Positions 26,847 through 36,333 of a DNA stretch of 40,750 nucleotides are shown piece after piece; within the stretch, counting starts at the first letter, position 1; every line of letters begins with the position of its first letter. Both the position numbers and the translations under genes were made by a program. The stretch lies in NCBI GenBank assembly GCA_040880105.1, contig JBBDJA010000004.1, positions 1-40,750 of the forward strand. The letters run 5' to 3'. The DNA is from Waddliaceae bacterium (lineage in GTDB: Bacteria; Chlamydiota; Chlamydiia; Chlamydiales; SLOH01). The notes below the pieces were generated by a model. The model ran no database searches and had not been told where the DNA came from. It saw nothing but the letters and a program-made list of their open reading frames with translations.

Positions 26847-29094
26847 TTCGTCTTTTTTTGGCCATGCGATGTTTATGTAAAGCCAGTATTACAAGCTTAT
26901 CAATCAGTTGGGAAAAGGAGATACCGTCACTTTCGCAGATTTTCGGAAAGAGACTAGTGGGGGTAAAGCCGGGAATGGTATTCAACTCGTTCACGATAAA
27001 TACACCGTTTTTATCCAGAAACATATCGACTCGGCAGAGTCCTTCGCATCCGATACACTCGTACACAAAGGCTGCAAGCTCTTTACCTCTTTTAATTTCA
27101 TCCTCTGTCAAATCTGCTTTTGGAGAGGTACGCAACGAGTGCTCGCCATATTTTACATTCAAGAGATAAGGCATCCCCGGTCGAGTACCAATCTCTCCGG
27201 GTCCAAAGCAATGAATATGGTCGTTGCCAAGCACAGCAAATTCTAGTTCTCTTCCCTCTACTTCTTCTTCGACAAGAGCAAATGTATCGATCTTTAGCAC
27301 CTCTTCTATAGCCGACTTTAAAGCGGTTTCATTATCCACACGATACACACCCACACTAGAACCGAAATTTGGTGCCTTTACAAATAAAGGAAAACGTAAG
27401 TGCATCGGGTCTGTTGGTGACTTCATCGTCACAAAGGGGGCTATGGGGACTTGATTTGCAGCAAGGATCTGTTTTGTCTTAGCTTTATTCATTGCAAGAG
27501 CAGATGCAAGTGTTGAGTTGCCAACATACGGGATATCCAAAATCTCAAGAACCCCTTGCATTGTGCCGTCTTCTCCATACTGGCCATGTAAAAGAGGAAA
27601 AATGAGATCGCATTTTTGTAGCTTCTCAAAAAATTGCGCACCCTTGATTCCCTCTTTCGGCACATGGATCTGCACAGCGTCATATTTTGACATTTGACTG
27701 ATGACATTTTTTGCTGAGATTTCTGAGATCTCATGCTCAGGTGAATATCCGCCGGAAAGAACTCCTACACATAATTTTTTTTCTGTTAGATGCGCGCATT
27801 CGTTATGAAGATATGTAATGCTTCCCGCACCTAAAGTGACCACTACATCATGAGGTTGTAAATAGGAGTTAAGCGCATCGGCAAGAGTGTTTCTTGGAAG
27901 GAACAAGCTGTTGGACTCTTTTGCAATCGCAGTCCCGTTTACACCCTGAATTGGCGCCTCCCCTGCGGGATAAATATCTGTTACAATCGAGAGGTCTGCA
28001 GCGCTAAACACCTCTTTAAACGACCCCATACATTCTTTCATTCGACTATAGCGGTGGGGTTCAAAAATAGCGACCAAACGCCGTTCGGAGATTGCCTCCC
28101 GTATCCCTTTCAGTGTTGAACGAATCTCTGTCGGGTGATGAGCGTAGTCATCTAACCATAAAATGGTCCCGTCCTCTCGTATTTTTTGGCAGCGTCTTGA
28201 AACACCCGGGAAAGTGGCAAATGCACTTTTAATTTTTTCAACTTCTATGCCGCATGCAAGTGAGAGTCCAAACACTGCAAGGGCATTTAGCGCGCTGTGT
28301 TTACCGATCATCGGCAGTGTCAGATTTTCATATTTTCTTCCCTGATACTCAGCGTCAAATTGTATTTGCCACCCGTTTTGTAAAAACCGACTTCCCTTTA
28401 GTTCACAGCCCTCAGTAAATCCGTATGAGGTTCCTTTGAGAGAGAGCTTTTGAAGGTGTGTATCTTCACCGCACCAAAAAAGAGCCCTTTTCACTTTACC
28501 TGCGAATTGCAGCATATTGGTTTCAAGATTTTCAAGCGTTCCATAGTGGTCCAGGTGGTCTGTGCCGAGATTTGTGATGATTGCGCTTTCAACATTATAG
28601 TTAACATGAGTTCCATCGCTCTCATCGGCCTCAATCACAAAGTAGTCGCCAAGTCCGGCTCTTGCATTTGTTTGAAGATGCGCAATAATTCCCCCTACCG
28701 CAAAAGAGGGATCGACTTTTGCATGAAAAAGCACCCATGAAAGTAGAGAGGAGACCGTCGTCTTTCCATGTGTTCCGGTCACACAAAGACTCCTTTTCTC
28801 TTTGGCAAGGTCTCTAAGAAGCTCTGATCGATGAATGATAGGACACTTATTTTGGACCGCACTTTGATACTCAAGATTATCTTTCTTGATACTTGAGGAG
28901 ATGACAACAGTCATCTCTTGTTTAATATTCTTCCCGTCCTGTTTGAGGGTAATTTCAGCACCAAGCTCTTTTAGTCTTTCGATTATCGAATTATGATTTA
29001 GATCGCTACCCGAGACCGTTTGGTTTTGTTCTAACAGAAGTTTTGCCAAACCGCTCATCCCGATTCCGCCAATTCCAACTAAATGGTATTTCAT
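26815..29094 (-). CDS. murC/ddl: Fused UDP-N-acetylmuramate--L-alanine ligase / D-Ala-D-Ala ligase
   Basis: GIGGIGMSG, GTHGKTT, EADESDG, DDYAHHPTE (MurC), then GGYSPEHEIS, LHGQYGEDG, GSSVG, ELNTIPG (Ddl). ATG29094 overlaps the murG stop. Confidence 0.96.
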   Translation of the reverse strand: MKYHLVGIGGIGMSGLAKLLLEQNQTVSGSDLNHNSIIERLKELGAEITLKQDGKNIKQEMTVVISSSIKKDNLEYQSAVQNKCPIIHRSELLRDLAKEKRSLCVTGTHGKTTVSSLLSWVLFHAKVDPSFAVGGIIAHLQTNARAGLGDYFVIEADESDGTHVNYNVESAIITNLGTDHLDHYGTLENLETNMLQFAGKVKRALFWCGEDTHLQKLSLKGTSYGFTEGCELKGSRFLQNGWQIQFDAEYQGRKYENLTLPMIGKHSALNALAVFGLSLACGIEVEKIKSAFATFPGVSRRCQKIREDGTILWLDDYAHHPTEIRSTLKGIREAISERRLVAIFEPHRYSRMKECMGSFKEVFSAADLSIVTDIYPAGEAPIQGVNGTAIAKESNSLFLPRNTLADALNSYLQPHDVVVTLGAGSITYLHNECAHLTEKKLCVGVLSGGYSPEHEISEISAKNVISQMSKYDAVQIHVPKEGIKGAQFFEKLQKCDLIFPLLHGQYGEDGTMQGVLEILDIPYVGNSTLASALAMNKAKTKQILAANQVPIAPFVTMKSPTDPMHLRFPLFVKAPNFGSSVGVYRVDNETALKSAIEEVLKIDTFALVEEEVEGRELEFAVLGNDHIHCFGPGEIGTRPGMPYLLNVKYGEHSLRTSPKADLTEDEIKRGKELAAFVYECIGCEGLCRVDMFLDKNGVFIVNELNTIPGFTPTSLFPKICESDGISFSQLIDKLVILALHKHRMAKKRRNAQEKIKIPI

Positions 29095-30122
29095 AAGAGA
29101 CACTCCAATACGGCATCAGAAAAGGAGGTGGGTGTATATTTCTGTTTCCAATCTTTAATGGCTGCAATTTTAGATGCTTTTTGCTCTATAAGAGAGTCAA
29201 TTGCATCCCCTAAGATCTCAGGCGTTAACTCCTCTTGTGTGAAAGTCAGAGACCCTTTAACAACTTTTTCCATAAACTCAGCATTGACCACTTGGTGATT
29301 TTGGGCAGAAAATGGGTACGGAATTAAGATTCCCGGAACTTCAGCTTCAATCTGCTCAAAGATAGTTCCGGCTCCACTTCTTGTGATTGCAAGATCTGCA
29401 ATTTTCCAAGCCAAGTGCATTTTCTTTTCATAATGGGTGACATACGCGGTAATCCCCTTCTCTTGATATTGCACTTTCAACTGCTCCAAATCGGTCTTTT
29501 GATTTGCGCAGTGAATGATCTGAAACCCCTTTTTGACTACAAGAGGAGCCATTTGATCTAAAAATGCGGCGCCTTGAGAGCCGCCGGTAATCAACACTGT
29601 TTTCTTTTCTTTTTCAAATCCAAAGTATGCGTATGGATCTTCTGTGATCGCTATTTGCATTAAAGGGGCCTTAACCCATTTGGTATTGCCCTGAAGATAC
29701 CCTCGGCTCTCTTGAAAATTGACAGCGGTCCACTTGGCAAAGCGTGAAAGAGATTTGATCACTTTTCCGGGAACGACATTTTGCTCGTGCAAATAAACAG
29801 GAACCCGACAAAAAATGGCGGCAAGAAGAATGGGAAATGAGTGATAGCTTCCAAATCCAATGACACAGCTCGGGCGCAAGCGATAGATGAGCCCTACGCT
29901 TCGAAATAACGCTCTTGTCATTTTAAAAGGAAAGAGGAAATTAAGTTTAGCAGTCGGAATTTCAGTGAAAGAAAAATCCTTTCGATCAAAGGTACGGTTC
30001 GATTCTAAGCCACCTGCAACAAAGTGCACTTTAGCTTTCTGTGAAAATTCTTTTGCAAAGGCTTGAGCCGGCAGCAAGTGTCCCCCGGTTCCCCCGGCTG
30101 CGATGATAATAAGTCTATTCAC
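29091..30122 (-). CDS. murG: Lipid II N-acetylglucosaminyltransferase
   Basis: GGTGGH, HEQNVVPG, GGSQGA, RSGAGT, HQVVNA. Confidence 0.96.
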   Translation of the reverse strand: MNRLIIIAAGGTGGHLLPAQAFAKEFSQKAKVHFVAGGLESNRTFDRKDFSFTEIPTAKLNFLFPFKMTRALFRSVGLIYRLRPSCVIGFGSYHSFPILLAAIFCRVPVYLHEQNVVPGKVIKSLSRFAKWTAVNFQESRGYLQGNTKWVKAPLMQIAITEDPYAYFGFEKEKKTVLITGGSQGAAFLDQMAPLVVKKGFQIIHCANQKTDLEQLKVQYQEKGITAYVTHYEKKMHLAWKIADLAITRSGAGTIFEQIEAEVPGILIPYPFSAQNHQVVNAEFMEKVVKGSLTFTQEELTPEILGDAIDSLIEQKASKIAAIKDWKQKYTPTSFSDAVLECLL

Positions 30123-30763
30123 ACAAGTGCCCTTTGCAAATCATTAACATAAGACTTCACAATATGGTAGTCGGTATTCACCATAGTTTTCTGCTTTAAC
30201 CAACTTAAGGCCCATAAAAATTGTATACGCTTTTGCAAATCGTATGTGGGGATTGTAAACCCGGCTTCCGATAATTTTGTGATCATATCCTTGAGACGTC
30301 TTTGTTTGTTTCTTTTCAATCTGCAAAGGATCTGGAATGTTAAACACTCGATTCTCGGGAAATAGTCGTCATCTGAAGCAAGACCTTTATCTTTTTCCAT
30401 TCGATCAAGGATGAATAGGCGGGTCTTTAATACTCCCAGTTTTTTTTGGCTATTTACTTGCGTGTAAATAAAAAAGGAGGCTGCAGTCACTATCAGCGGA
30501 TAGGCCACTTGATTCTCGCGAAGTAAAACCCCTGTCAGGCATAAGACTAAAGAACTAATAAACTTAAATCTTCTCTCATTTTGAATCTCTTCAATCTTTT
30601 GAACCAGTATGCGTTTTGATTGATGCTGAACGTATAAATGATCAGGGGTGAGTTGGTTAATCGCACCTGCATTTTTAGAATATAAAACCACCCCTTTGAT
30701 GTGATCATTTGTAACTTGATTAAGATATGTAGGTCTAGATATTTGAAGAAAAGCCGCGGTCAT
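30119..30763 (-). CDS. Hypothetical membrane protein between ftsW and murG
   Basis: 214-aa ORF exactly filling the gap; ATGA overlap with murG; two short adjacent hydrophobic segments. Confidence 0.75.
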   Translation of the reverse strand: MTAAFLQISRPTYLNQVTNDHIKGVVLYSKNAGAINQLTPDHLYVQHQSKRILVQKIEEIQNERRFKFISSLVLCLTGVLLRENQVAYPLIVTAASFFIYTQVNSQKKLGVLKTRLFILDRMEKDKGLASDDDYFPRIECLTFQILCRLKRNKQRRLKDMITKLSEAGFTIPTYDLQKRIQFLWALSWLKQKTMVNTDYHIVKSYVNDLQRALV

Positions 30764-31859
30764 TATATTTCCTATTTAGATGTTCTTGGGGTCGATTTAC
30801 ACTCAATAATAGACCAATCCCCATACCATTTGCAAGAAGGGATGAACCTCCTTGGCTAAAGAAGGGTAAGTTTAAGCCGGTACTAGGAAGAAGACCCGAC
30901 ACGACCCCTAGATTCAAAAAGGCTTGAAAGCCAATCAAAAACGTCACGACACCTGCTATATAAAACCCTCCCACATCGCTTGCGTTCACACCAATAGAGT
31001 ACCCTGCATACAGCAAGGTCAAATAGAGCAGTAACAAAAAGGAGATCCCGATAAAGCCAAATTCCTCGCCGTAGATGGCTGCAATGTAGTCGTTTTGCGC
31101 CTCGGGAAGGTAGCTTAGTTTTTGCCAGCTATGACCCGGCCCCATCCCCAAGAGTTTGCCCGACCCGGCTGCGATCTTGGCTTGAAAGGGTTGATGACCC
31201 CGACCCCGTAAATCAAGCTCCGGATGCAAATAGACCTGAATTCGCGCCTTGACATACGGAAGCTTTCCCGCAAATATTCCTCCACCAACTGCTAAAATTG
31301 CAAAGGGAATCCCAATGTACCTCCAAGGTATCTCCATAAGGACAAGAAGGACCAAGAACCCAAAGCCGATCACGCCGACAGTCCCATTATTTGGCTCAAG
31401 AAGAATTAAAACAAGAGGAACAGAAATCGCTGCCATAATACGTAAAAGCTTCTTTGTTCCAATTGTGGTAAATTTTTCAGCCTTCACGCGAAACATGACA
31501 TAGATCGGTAATATATATTTTACAAATTCAGACGGTTGAAGAGAAAATCCACCGATTCTGATCCAGCGTTTGGCTCCATTAATTTCTCGGGTGACTCCAG
31601 GAATCAATATTAAAAAAAGCAAAAAGGTTAAGAATCCTAAGATCATTGGGCTGAGCTCAAGGAACCGACGATAGCCTATTTTGTAGACGCTAAAGCCAAG
31701 TAGAAGGCCAAAAAAGCCGTAAATTATTTGTCTGAAAATGGGTTGATTGTAGCTGAATTCCTGACCGGTATCTAAGATGTCTGCTGACGTCGTACTATAG
31801 ATCATTACAAGACCGAGACCGTAAATAATAGATACGGTAAGAAAAATGATTTTTTTCAT
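30735..31859 (-). CDS. ftsW: SEDS peptidoglycan glycosyltransferase FtsW
   Basis: NGAKRWI, QPSEFVK, LPEAQNDYI, EEFG, LPSTGLNLPFFSQGGSS. Confidence 0.95.
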   Translation of the reverse strand: MKKIIFLTVSIIYGLGLVMIYSTTSADILDTGQEFSYNQPIFRQIIYGFFGLLLGFSVYKIGYRRFLELSPMILGFLTFLLFLILIPGVTREINGAKRWIRIGGFSLQPSEFVKYILPIYVMFRVKAEKFTTIGTKKLLRIMAAISVPLVLILLEPNNGTVGVIGFGFLVLLVLMEIPWRYIGIPFAILAVGGGIFAGKLPYVKARIQVYLHPELDLRGRGHQPFQAKIAAGSGKLLGMGPGHSWQKLSYLPEAQNDYIAAIYGEEFGFIGISFLLLLYLTLLYAGYSIGVNASDVGGFYIAGVVTFLIGFQAFLNLGVVSGLLPSTGLNLPFFSQGGSSLLANGMGIGLLLSVNRPQEHLNRKYNDRGFSSNI

Positions 31860-32512
31860 CTCACGCGGAGTTTGTCACCGGGCTTCAGACGCAACGCATT
31901 TTCTTGGTCCAGATTGTTAATTTCAAGTAGCTTGTAAAAAGGAACATTGAACTGTTTGGAAATCTTCCATGGATTATCACCGTTTTTTAGAGTGTAATAC
32001 TCTTCTTGCTCTTCGGTAATTTTTGAAGATGAAGTCGGTACTTTAATCTGTTGCCCCACGCGAATATTTTCAGACGTCATCGCATTGAGTGCTTTAATTC
32101 TAGCAACAGTCGTGCCGTGCTTTTTGGCAATTTTCCCAAGGTAATCCCCATCATTGACTGTCACAAGTTGAAACGCATCGGCAGGTGCCTGCGTTTTCAC
32201 CTTTTCAACAGGCTTCTCTCGAGGCGTTTCCGGTTTTGGCGCATCAGGTTTTTTAAACTGGCTAAGTAACTCATCAAGCTCATCATAAGAGGAGGATGCA
32301 ACTAAAACTTCGGGTTCTTGAACTTTTGGAGATTCCGAGATCACTTGAGGTTTTTGAATCTCTTCAATCGTGGGAGAGGAAATGGCCACTTCTTGAACCA
32401 TAGAGTTTGAGTCTAATTGGATCTCCTGAACCGGCACCGCAAGGATAAATAGAAATCCAAGCAAGGCCATGTTAATTAAAATAGCACTAATTAAAGTGTC
32501 TTTTCGACTCAT
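31856..32512 (-). CDS. nlpD: Membrane-anchored tandem LysM protein (chlamydial NlpD-like)
   Basis: N-terminal TM; two LysM repeats (VNDGDYLGKIAKKHGTT..IRVGQQIKVP; YTLKNGDNPWKIS..LKPGDKLRVR); lies between murD and ftsW. Confidence 0.85.
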   Translation of the reverse strand: MSRKDTLISAILINMALLGFLFILAVPVQEIQLDSNSMVQEVAISSPTIEEIQKPQVISESPKVQEPEVLVASSSYDELDELLSQFKKPDAPKPETPREKPVEKVKTQAPADAFQLVTVNDGDYLGKIAKKHGTTVARIKALNAMTSENIRVGQQIKVPTSSSKITEEQEEYYTLKNGDNPWKISKQFNVPFYKLLEINNLDQENALRLKPGDKLRVR

Positions 32513-33666
32513 TCCTTAACCATCTTTTTAAATGCCTCTCCCCTCTCGGAGTAATTTGCATACTGATCCAAACTCGCGCAACCCGGAGAAAGTAAGATCG
32601 TATCTCCGGCTTTCGCATGCGCTCTTGCCAAACGAAGCGCAAGAGATAATGTACCGGCTACGGTGCACCGCATCCCTTTTACCTCTTCTTGTATCTGCAA
32701 AGCGGCCTCGCCGATTACAAATATATGGGCGACTTTCTCACCAAACGCCTGACTCCAATGCCCAAAATGTTGACCTTTTGCAACACCTCCGGCAATTAAA
32801 AAAATCCGCCCTGGCACTGAATGAACGGCTTTTACCGTTGCCGCGCAGTTTGTTGCTTTACTATCGTTGTAGTAGTCAACGCCATCAATGTTTGCGACTT
32901 TTTCAAGGCGATGCATCGGGACATTAAAATCCCGAACAGCCATGTCAAACTGCTCTTGCGAGACATGAAACTGCCCGCAAAGCGCTTGACTTGCCGCTTG
33001 ATTAATCTGCTTAACTGTATACCCTTCAACGGAAAACGTTTCAAGTGATTTATGATTAAATAATAAGGAAAACTCATTAAATGTGTTTTGCTCAACAAAA
33101 AGTGGGGCCGATGGTTTAAGGCAATTTGCAATTTTTAACTTAGCTTTTGCATACTCCTCTATCCCTGAGTAACGGTCTAGATGATCGGGCGTGATGTTTA
33201 AAATTAAGGCTGCATCAAGTACTTTTGCGCTCATTGTCTCAAGCTGAAATGAGCTGAATTCAAGCACGGCAATCTCATTTTCTGTAAGATGCGCAACGCA
33301 TGATGACAAAGGGATCCCGACATTTCCAAGCGCATGAGCGGAAAATCCAAGATTGTTTAAGACGTGAGCTGTCATTAAAGTGGTTGTTGTCTTCCCATTT
33401 GTACCTGTAATTCCAACTGCTTTGCACTTAAGATGGCGACACGCAAGTTCCATTTCCCCGATAACTTCGATCCCAAGCGAAATAGCCTTTTTTATGAGAG
33501 GGTGCGTTTGTGGAATTCCGGGAGAGAGAATCACAGACCCGATCTTTGAAAGATCCGGCTCACTATTACCATCCTCATAACTTAAAGCAGGATATCCTAA
33601 GCTATCTAAAAAGGAGATTGCCGACTTGCCGCTTTTCCCACTCCCAACAACCAAATACATCATCAT
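32509..33666 (-). CDS. murD: UDP-MurNAc-L-Ala--D-glutamate ligase
   Basis: GSGKSG, SPGIP, TGTNGKTT, EFSSFQL, DHLDRY, NDSKATN, LSPGCASLDQY. Start at one of three tandem ATGs, 33660-33666. Confidence 0.96.
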   Translation of the reverse strand: MMMYLVVGSGKSGKSAISFLDSLGYPALSYEDGNSEPDLSKIGSVILSPGIPQTHPLIKKAISLGIEVIGEMELACRHLKCKAVGITGTNGKTTTTLMTAHVLNNLGFSAHALGNVGIPLSSCVAHLTENEIAVLEFSSFQLETMSAKVLDAALILNITPDHLDRYSGIEEYAKAKLKIANCLKPSAPLFVEQNTFNEFSLLFNHKSLETFSVEGYTVKQINQAASQALCGQFHVSQEQFDMAVRDFNVPMHRLEKVANIDGVDYYNDSKATNCAATVKAVHSVPGRIFLIAGGVAKGQHFGHWSQAFGEKVAHIFVIGEAALQIQEEVKGMRCTVAGTLSLALRLARAHAKAGDTILLSPGCASLDQYANYSERGEAFKKMVKE

Positions 33667-34820
33667 TGCAATTTTAATGACGCGATCCCGACAATCGCAA
33701 GTAAAAGTCCAATAATCCAAAAGCGAATCACCACTTTAGATTCAGGCCACCCCTTAAACTCAAAATGATGATGCAAGGGTGCGCATAAAAAGACCCTCTT
33801 TTTGTTGCGGAATTTATAACTTAACACTTGAACAATGACAGAAATTGCTTCCGCGACAAAAACACCTCCGATCAAAGCAAGTAAGACTTCTCGTTTCAAA
33901 AGAACTGCCGACACTCCAATAATCCCCCCAAGTGCAAGAGAGCCTGTGTCGCCCATAATGACTTCAGCCGGAAAGCCGTTATACCATAAAAAACCAAGGC
34001 CCGCTCCGACAAACGCCAAGAGGTAAACAGCAATTTCAGAGCTTCCTTCGATGTAGGCAATATTTAAGTAGTTTGCCATTTCAAAGTGATTGGACAAAAA
34101 GGCAATCAAAGCAAAAGCACTTGCCACCATTACAAGACAGCCTATTGCAAGTCCATCTAAGCCATCTGTTAAGTTTACAGCATTAGACGCACCTGTAATC
34201 ACAAGGGCAATAAAAATCGTGCCGATTATGAACCCCCCGGACAATTGAAACGAATTTTTCACAAAAGGCAAGTACAAGCGCTGCATAAATTCTGAAAGAG
34301 GAACCTCTTGCAACGACTCCTTGATTACAGGGAGCTGGCAAAAAGACCCGCAGCTTGGAAAATACAAAAACCCTGCGATGAATAGAGAGAGCGCAAGTTG
34401 CACATAAATCTTTGTTTTTCCGGAAATTCCTTTGCTGCTTTGATACTTAATCTTCATATAATCGTCAACTCCGCCAAGAGACCCGAGAACAACAGTTGTG
34501 ACAAAAAGTAAAAAAGTAAATCCATGGGACAAGTTCATCCAAAGCAACATAGAAATTGACATCGAAAAAAGGACGAGAACTCCACCCATAGTCGGAGTTG
34601 ACTCCTTTTTTTCATGCAATTGACCGAGCTTCGGACACTCTTCTTTCCGAATGTTTTGTCCGATTTTTAGCCGTTTCAGTTTACGAATAAAGGCAGGACC
34701 AAGAAATATCGTAATTAAAAGAGCCGTCAATGAGGCAAGTAACATTCTTGTTGATGTGTAGTGAAACGCGACTGGAAATTTGATTCCAAAATTCGATTCC
34801 AAGAAAAAAATTATCTGCAT
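33663..34820 (-). CDS. mraY: Phospho-N-acetylmuramoyl-pentapeptide transferase
   Basis: TPTMGG, DDY, NAVNLTDGLDGL, MGDTGSL, APLHHHFE. Start 34820 (TAATG coupling) or 34826. Confidence 0.97.
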   Translation of the reverse strand: MQIIFFLESNFGIKFPVAFHYTSTRMLLASLTALLITIFLGPAFIRKLKRLKIGQNIRKEECPKLGQLHEKKESTPTMGGVLVLFSMSISMLLWMNLSHGFTFLLFVTTVVLGSLGGVDDYMKIKYQSSKGISGKTKIYVQLALSLFIAGFLYFPSCGSFCQLPVIKESLQEVPLSEFMQRLYLPFVKNSFQLSGGFIIGTIFIALVITGASNAVNLTDGLDGLAIGCLVMVASAFALIAFLSNHFEMANYLNIAYIEGSSEIAVYLLAFVGAGLGFLWYNGFPAEVIMGDTGSLALGGIIGVSAVLLKREVLLALIGGVFVAEAISVIVQVLSYKFRNKKRVFLCAPLHHHFEFKGWPESKVVIRFWIIGLLLAIVGIASLKLQ

Positions 34821-36010
34821 TACCATTTCTCTACAATCCTCCATAGTCCCGTGCCATGAGAGCCTTTAATGAGAACGACATCACCCTCACAGATTTCTTT
34901 TCGCATGCTCTTCATTAGTTCTTCGATTGATTCGAAAAATAAACAAGAGCGCCCATTCTCTTTCCAAAATTCATGCATCACTTCAGCCTCTTTTCCAAAA
35001 ACGATGAGTTGATCAAGATGCGGCAACGCAAATTCCGCAATATCCAAATGACAGGCCTCACTAAATGATCCAAGCTCAAGCATCGACCCCAAAACAGCAA
35101 TTCTTCTCCCGGTTCGCTTTGGCATAGAGCAAAGAGCTGCTTTTACGGAATCGACACATGCGTTATATGCATCATCGACAAAAGTAACACCCTTTTTCTC
35201 AATAATTTGAAACCGCTTTTCCGGAAGATTTAAATGCTCCATTCGTTTTAAAATTTCAGTCTGTTCCATTCCGAGTAAGGTAGCAATAAGCGAGGCGATC
35301 AAAAAATTTAAAGCAAAATGAGGCGCAGGAAGTTCCACGCTGCCCTTTTCTAAATAAAAATCTGCACGAGGATCACTTAATGAGAAGGTAAACCCATTTA
35401 AAACGCCCTTCCATTCATAAGGAATTAACCGAATCTTAGCCCTTTTTAAAATCTCACCTTTTGCCTTAGCAATCTCCTCTATCGAGTCAAAATTTGCGGC
35501 ATGCACAAGAGAGACGCATGTAATGACAGCAATATCAGGAGGCGCAATCGATGTTAAAAGATCGAGTTGTCCCGGGCCGTCCATCCCCATTTCGAGAATG
35601 AGGATTTCATGAGACTCTTGAACGCCGTTGATCAGCTCTAAAGGCAATCCCACCTGAGAGTTGCAGTTACCGGGAGTCTTCCAAACGCAAAATTTCTCCT
35701 CAAGTAAGGTTGCCACAAACTCTTTTGTTGTCGTCTTCCCATATGATCCGGTAATTGCGATCACTCTTGCCGATCGCTTTGCAAGCTTCTCTTTTGCTAT
35801 CTCATGCAAGATTGCAATCGGATCAACAACGACCACCTGCTCAAGATCAGATGACGTCTTTCGCGATACCACAGCCATTTTAGCACCGCGCGCTTTTGCC
35901 TCGTCTAAAAAATCATGCCCATCGACATGCGCGCCTTTCAGTGCGATAAAAAGATCGCCCGGCTGAACTTTTCGGCTATCGACTGCCACTCTAGTACACT
36001 CAGAAAACAT
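34820..36010 (-). CDS. murF: UDP-MurNAc-tripeptide--D-Ala-D-Ala ligase
   Basis: DSRKV..GDLFIALKG..DGHDF, ITGSYGKTTTKE, LEMGM, DDAYNA, GSMLELG, IKGSHG. Confidence 0.96.
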   Translation of the reverse strand: MFSECTRVAVDSRKVQPGDLFIALKGAHVDGHDFLDEAKARGAKMAVVSRKTSSDLEQVVVVDPIAILHEIAKEKLAKRSARVIAITGSYGKTTTKEFVATLLEEKFCVWKTPGNCNSQVGLPLELINGVQESHEILILEMGMDGPGQLDLLTSIAPPDIAVITCVSLVHAANFDSIEEIAKAKGEILKRAKIRLIPYEWKGVLNGFTFSLSDPRADFYLEKGSVELPAPHFALNFLIASLIATLLGMEQTEILKRMEHLNLPEKRFQIIEKKGVTFVDDAYNACVDSVKAALCSMPKRTGRRIAVLGSMLELGSFSEACHLDIAEFALPHLDQLIVFGKEAEVMHEFWKENGRSCLFFESIEELMKSMRKEICEGDVVLIKGSHGTGLWRIVEKW

Positions 36011-36070
36011 ATGCTGACTTTTGACCCTTCTTTCACTTTTTTAAAGGAGCTAATGCTACAAAAGAGATCC

Positions 36071-36087
36071 ATTCCTTGACAAGGAAT
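36071..36087. promoter_or_regulatory. Perfect 17-bp palindrome (candidate operator) upstream of murF
   Basis: ATTCCTTG-A-CAAGGAAT; contains TTGACA (+) and TTGTCA (-). Confidence 0.45.
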
Positions 36088-36156
36088 AAGGTGTTTTTCT
36101 CTTACCGTTATTTTCAACCCCAGAGATTTTTCGTAAAAAAAACCGATAAGTGACTC

Positions 36157-36185
36157 TTGACGTGATTTAAACACTCATGTATAAC
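36157..36185 (+). promoter_or_regulatory. Sigma66/sigma70-type promoter of tRNA-Cys
   Basis: TTGACG(36157-36162)-N17-TATAAC(36180-36185), 12 nt before the tRNA. Confidence 0.8.
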
Positions 36186-36197
36186 TCTACCTTTAAC

Positions 36198-36268
36198 GGT
36201 GGCATGGCCAAGTGGTAAGGCAGAAGCCTGCAAAGCTTCCATCCCCAGTTCGAATCTGGGTGCCACCT
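36198..36268 (+). tRNA. tRNA-Cys (GCA); CCA not encoded
   Basis: Acceptor GGTGGCA/TGCCACC, D-arm GCC-AAGTGGTAA-GGC, anticodon arm GAAGC-CTGCAAA-GCTTC, T-loop TTCGAAT, discriminator U. Confidence 0.97.
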
Positions 36269-36283
36269 AAACTCATTAACTCA

Positions 36284-36313
36284 AAAAGCCTATTTCCCCG
36301 GAGGTAGGCTTTT
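36284..36313 (+). terminator. Rho-independent terminator after tRNA-Cys
   Basis: AAAAGCCTA-TTTC-CCCG-GAGG-TAGGCTTTT hairpin. Confidence 0.75.
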
Positions 36314-36333
36314 AGAGTAACTTTCGCCAAGCT

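Noticed and set aside
26815..27790. Possible D-Ala-D-Lac (Van-like) specificity of the Ddl domain; the murC-ddl fusion as a novelty
   Set aside because: The omega-loop Tyr (NVKY) is retained and no van genes are nearby; the fusion is a known chlamydial trait.
36198..36333. tRNA-Cys as an integration site for an island
   Set aside because: It is followed by a terminator and rsmI; no integrase or duplicated tRNA 3' end seen.
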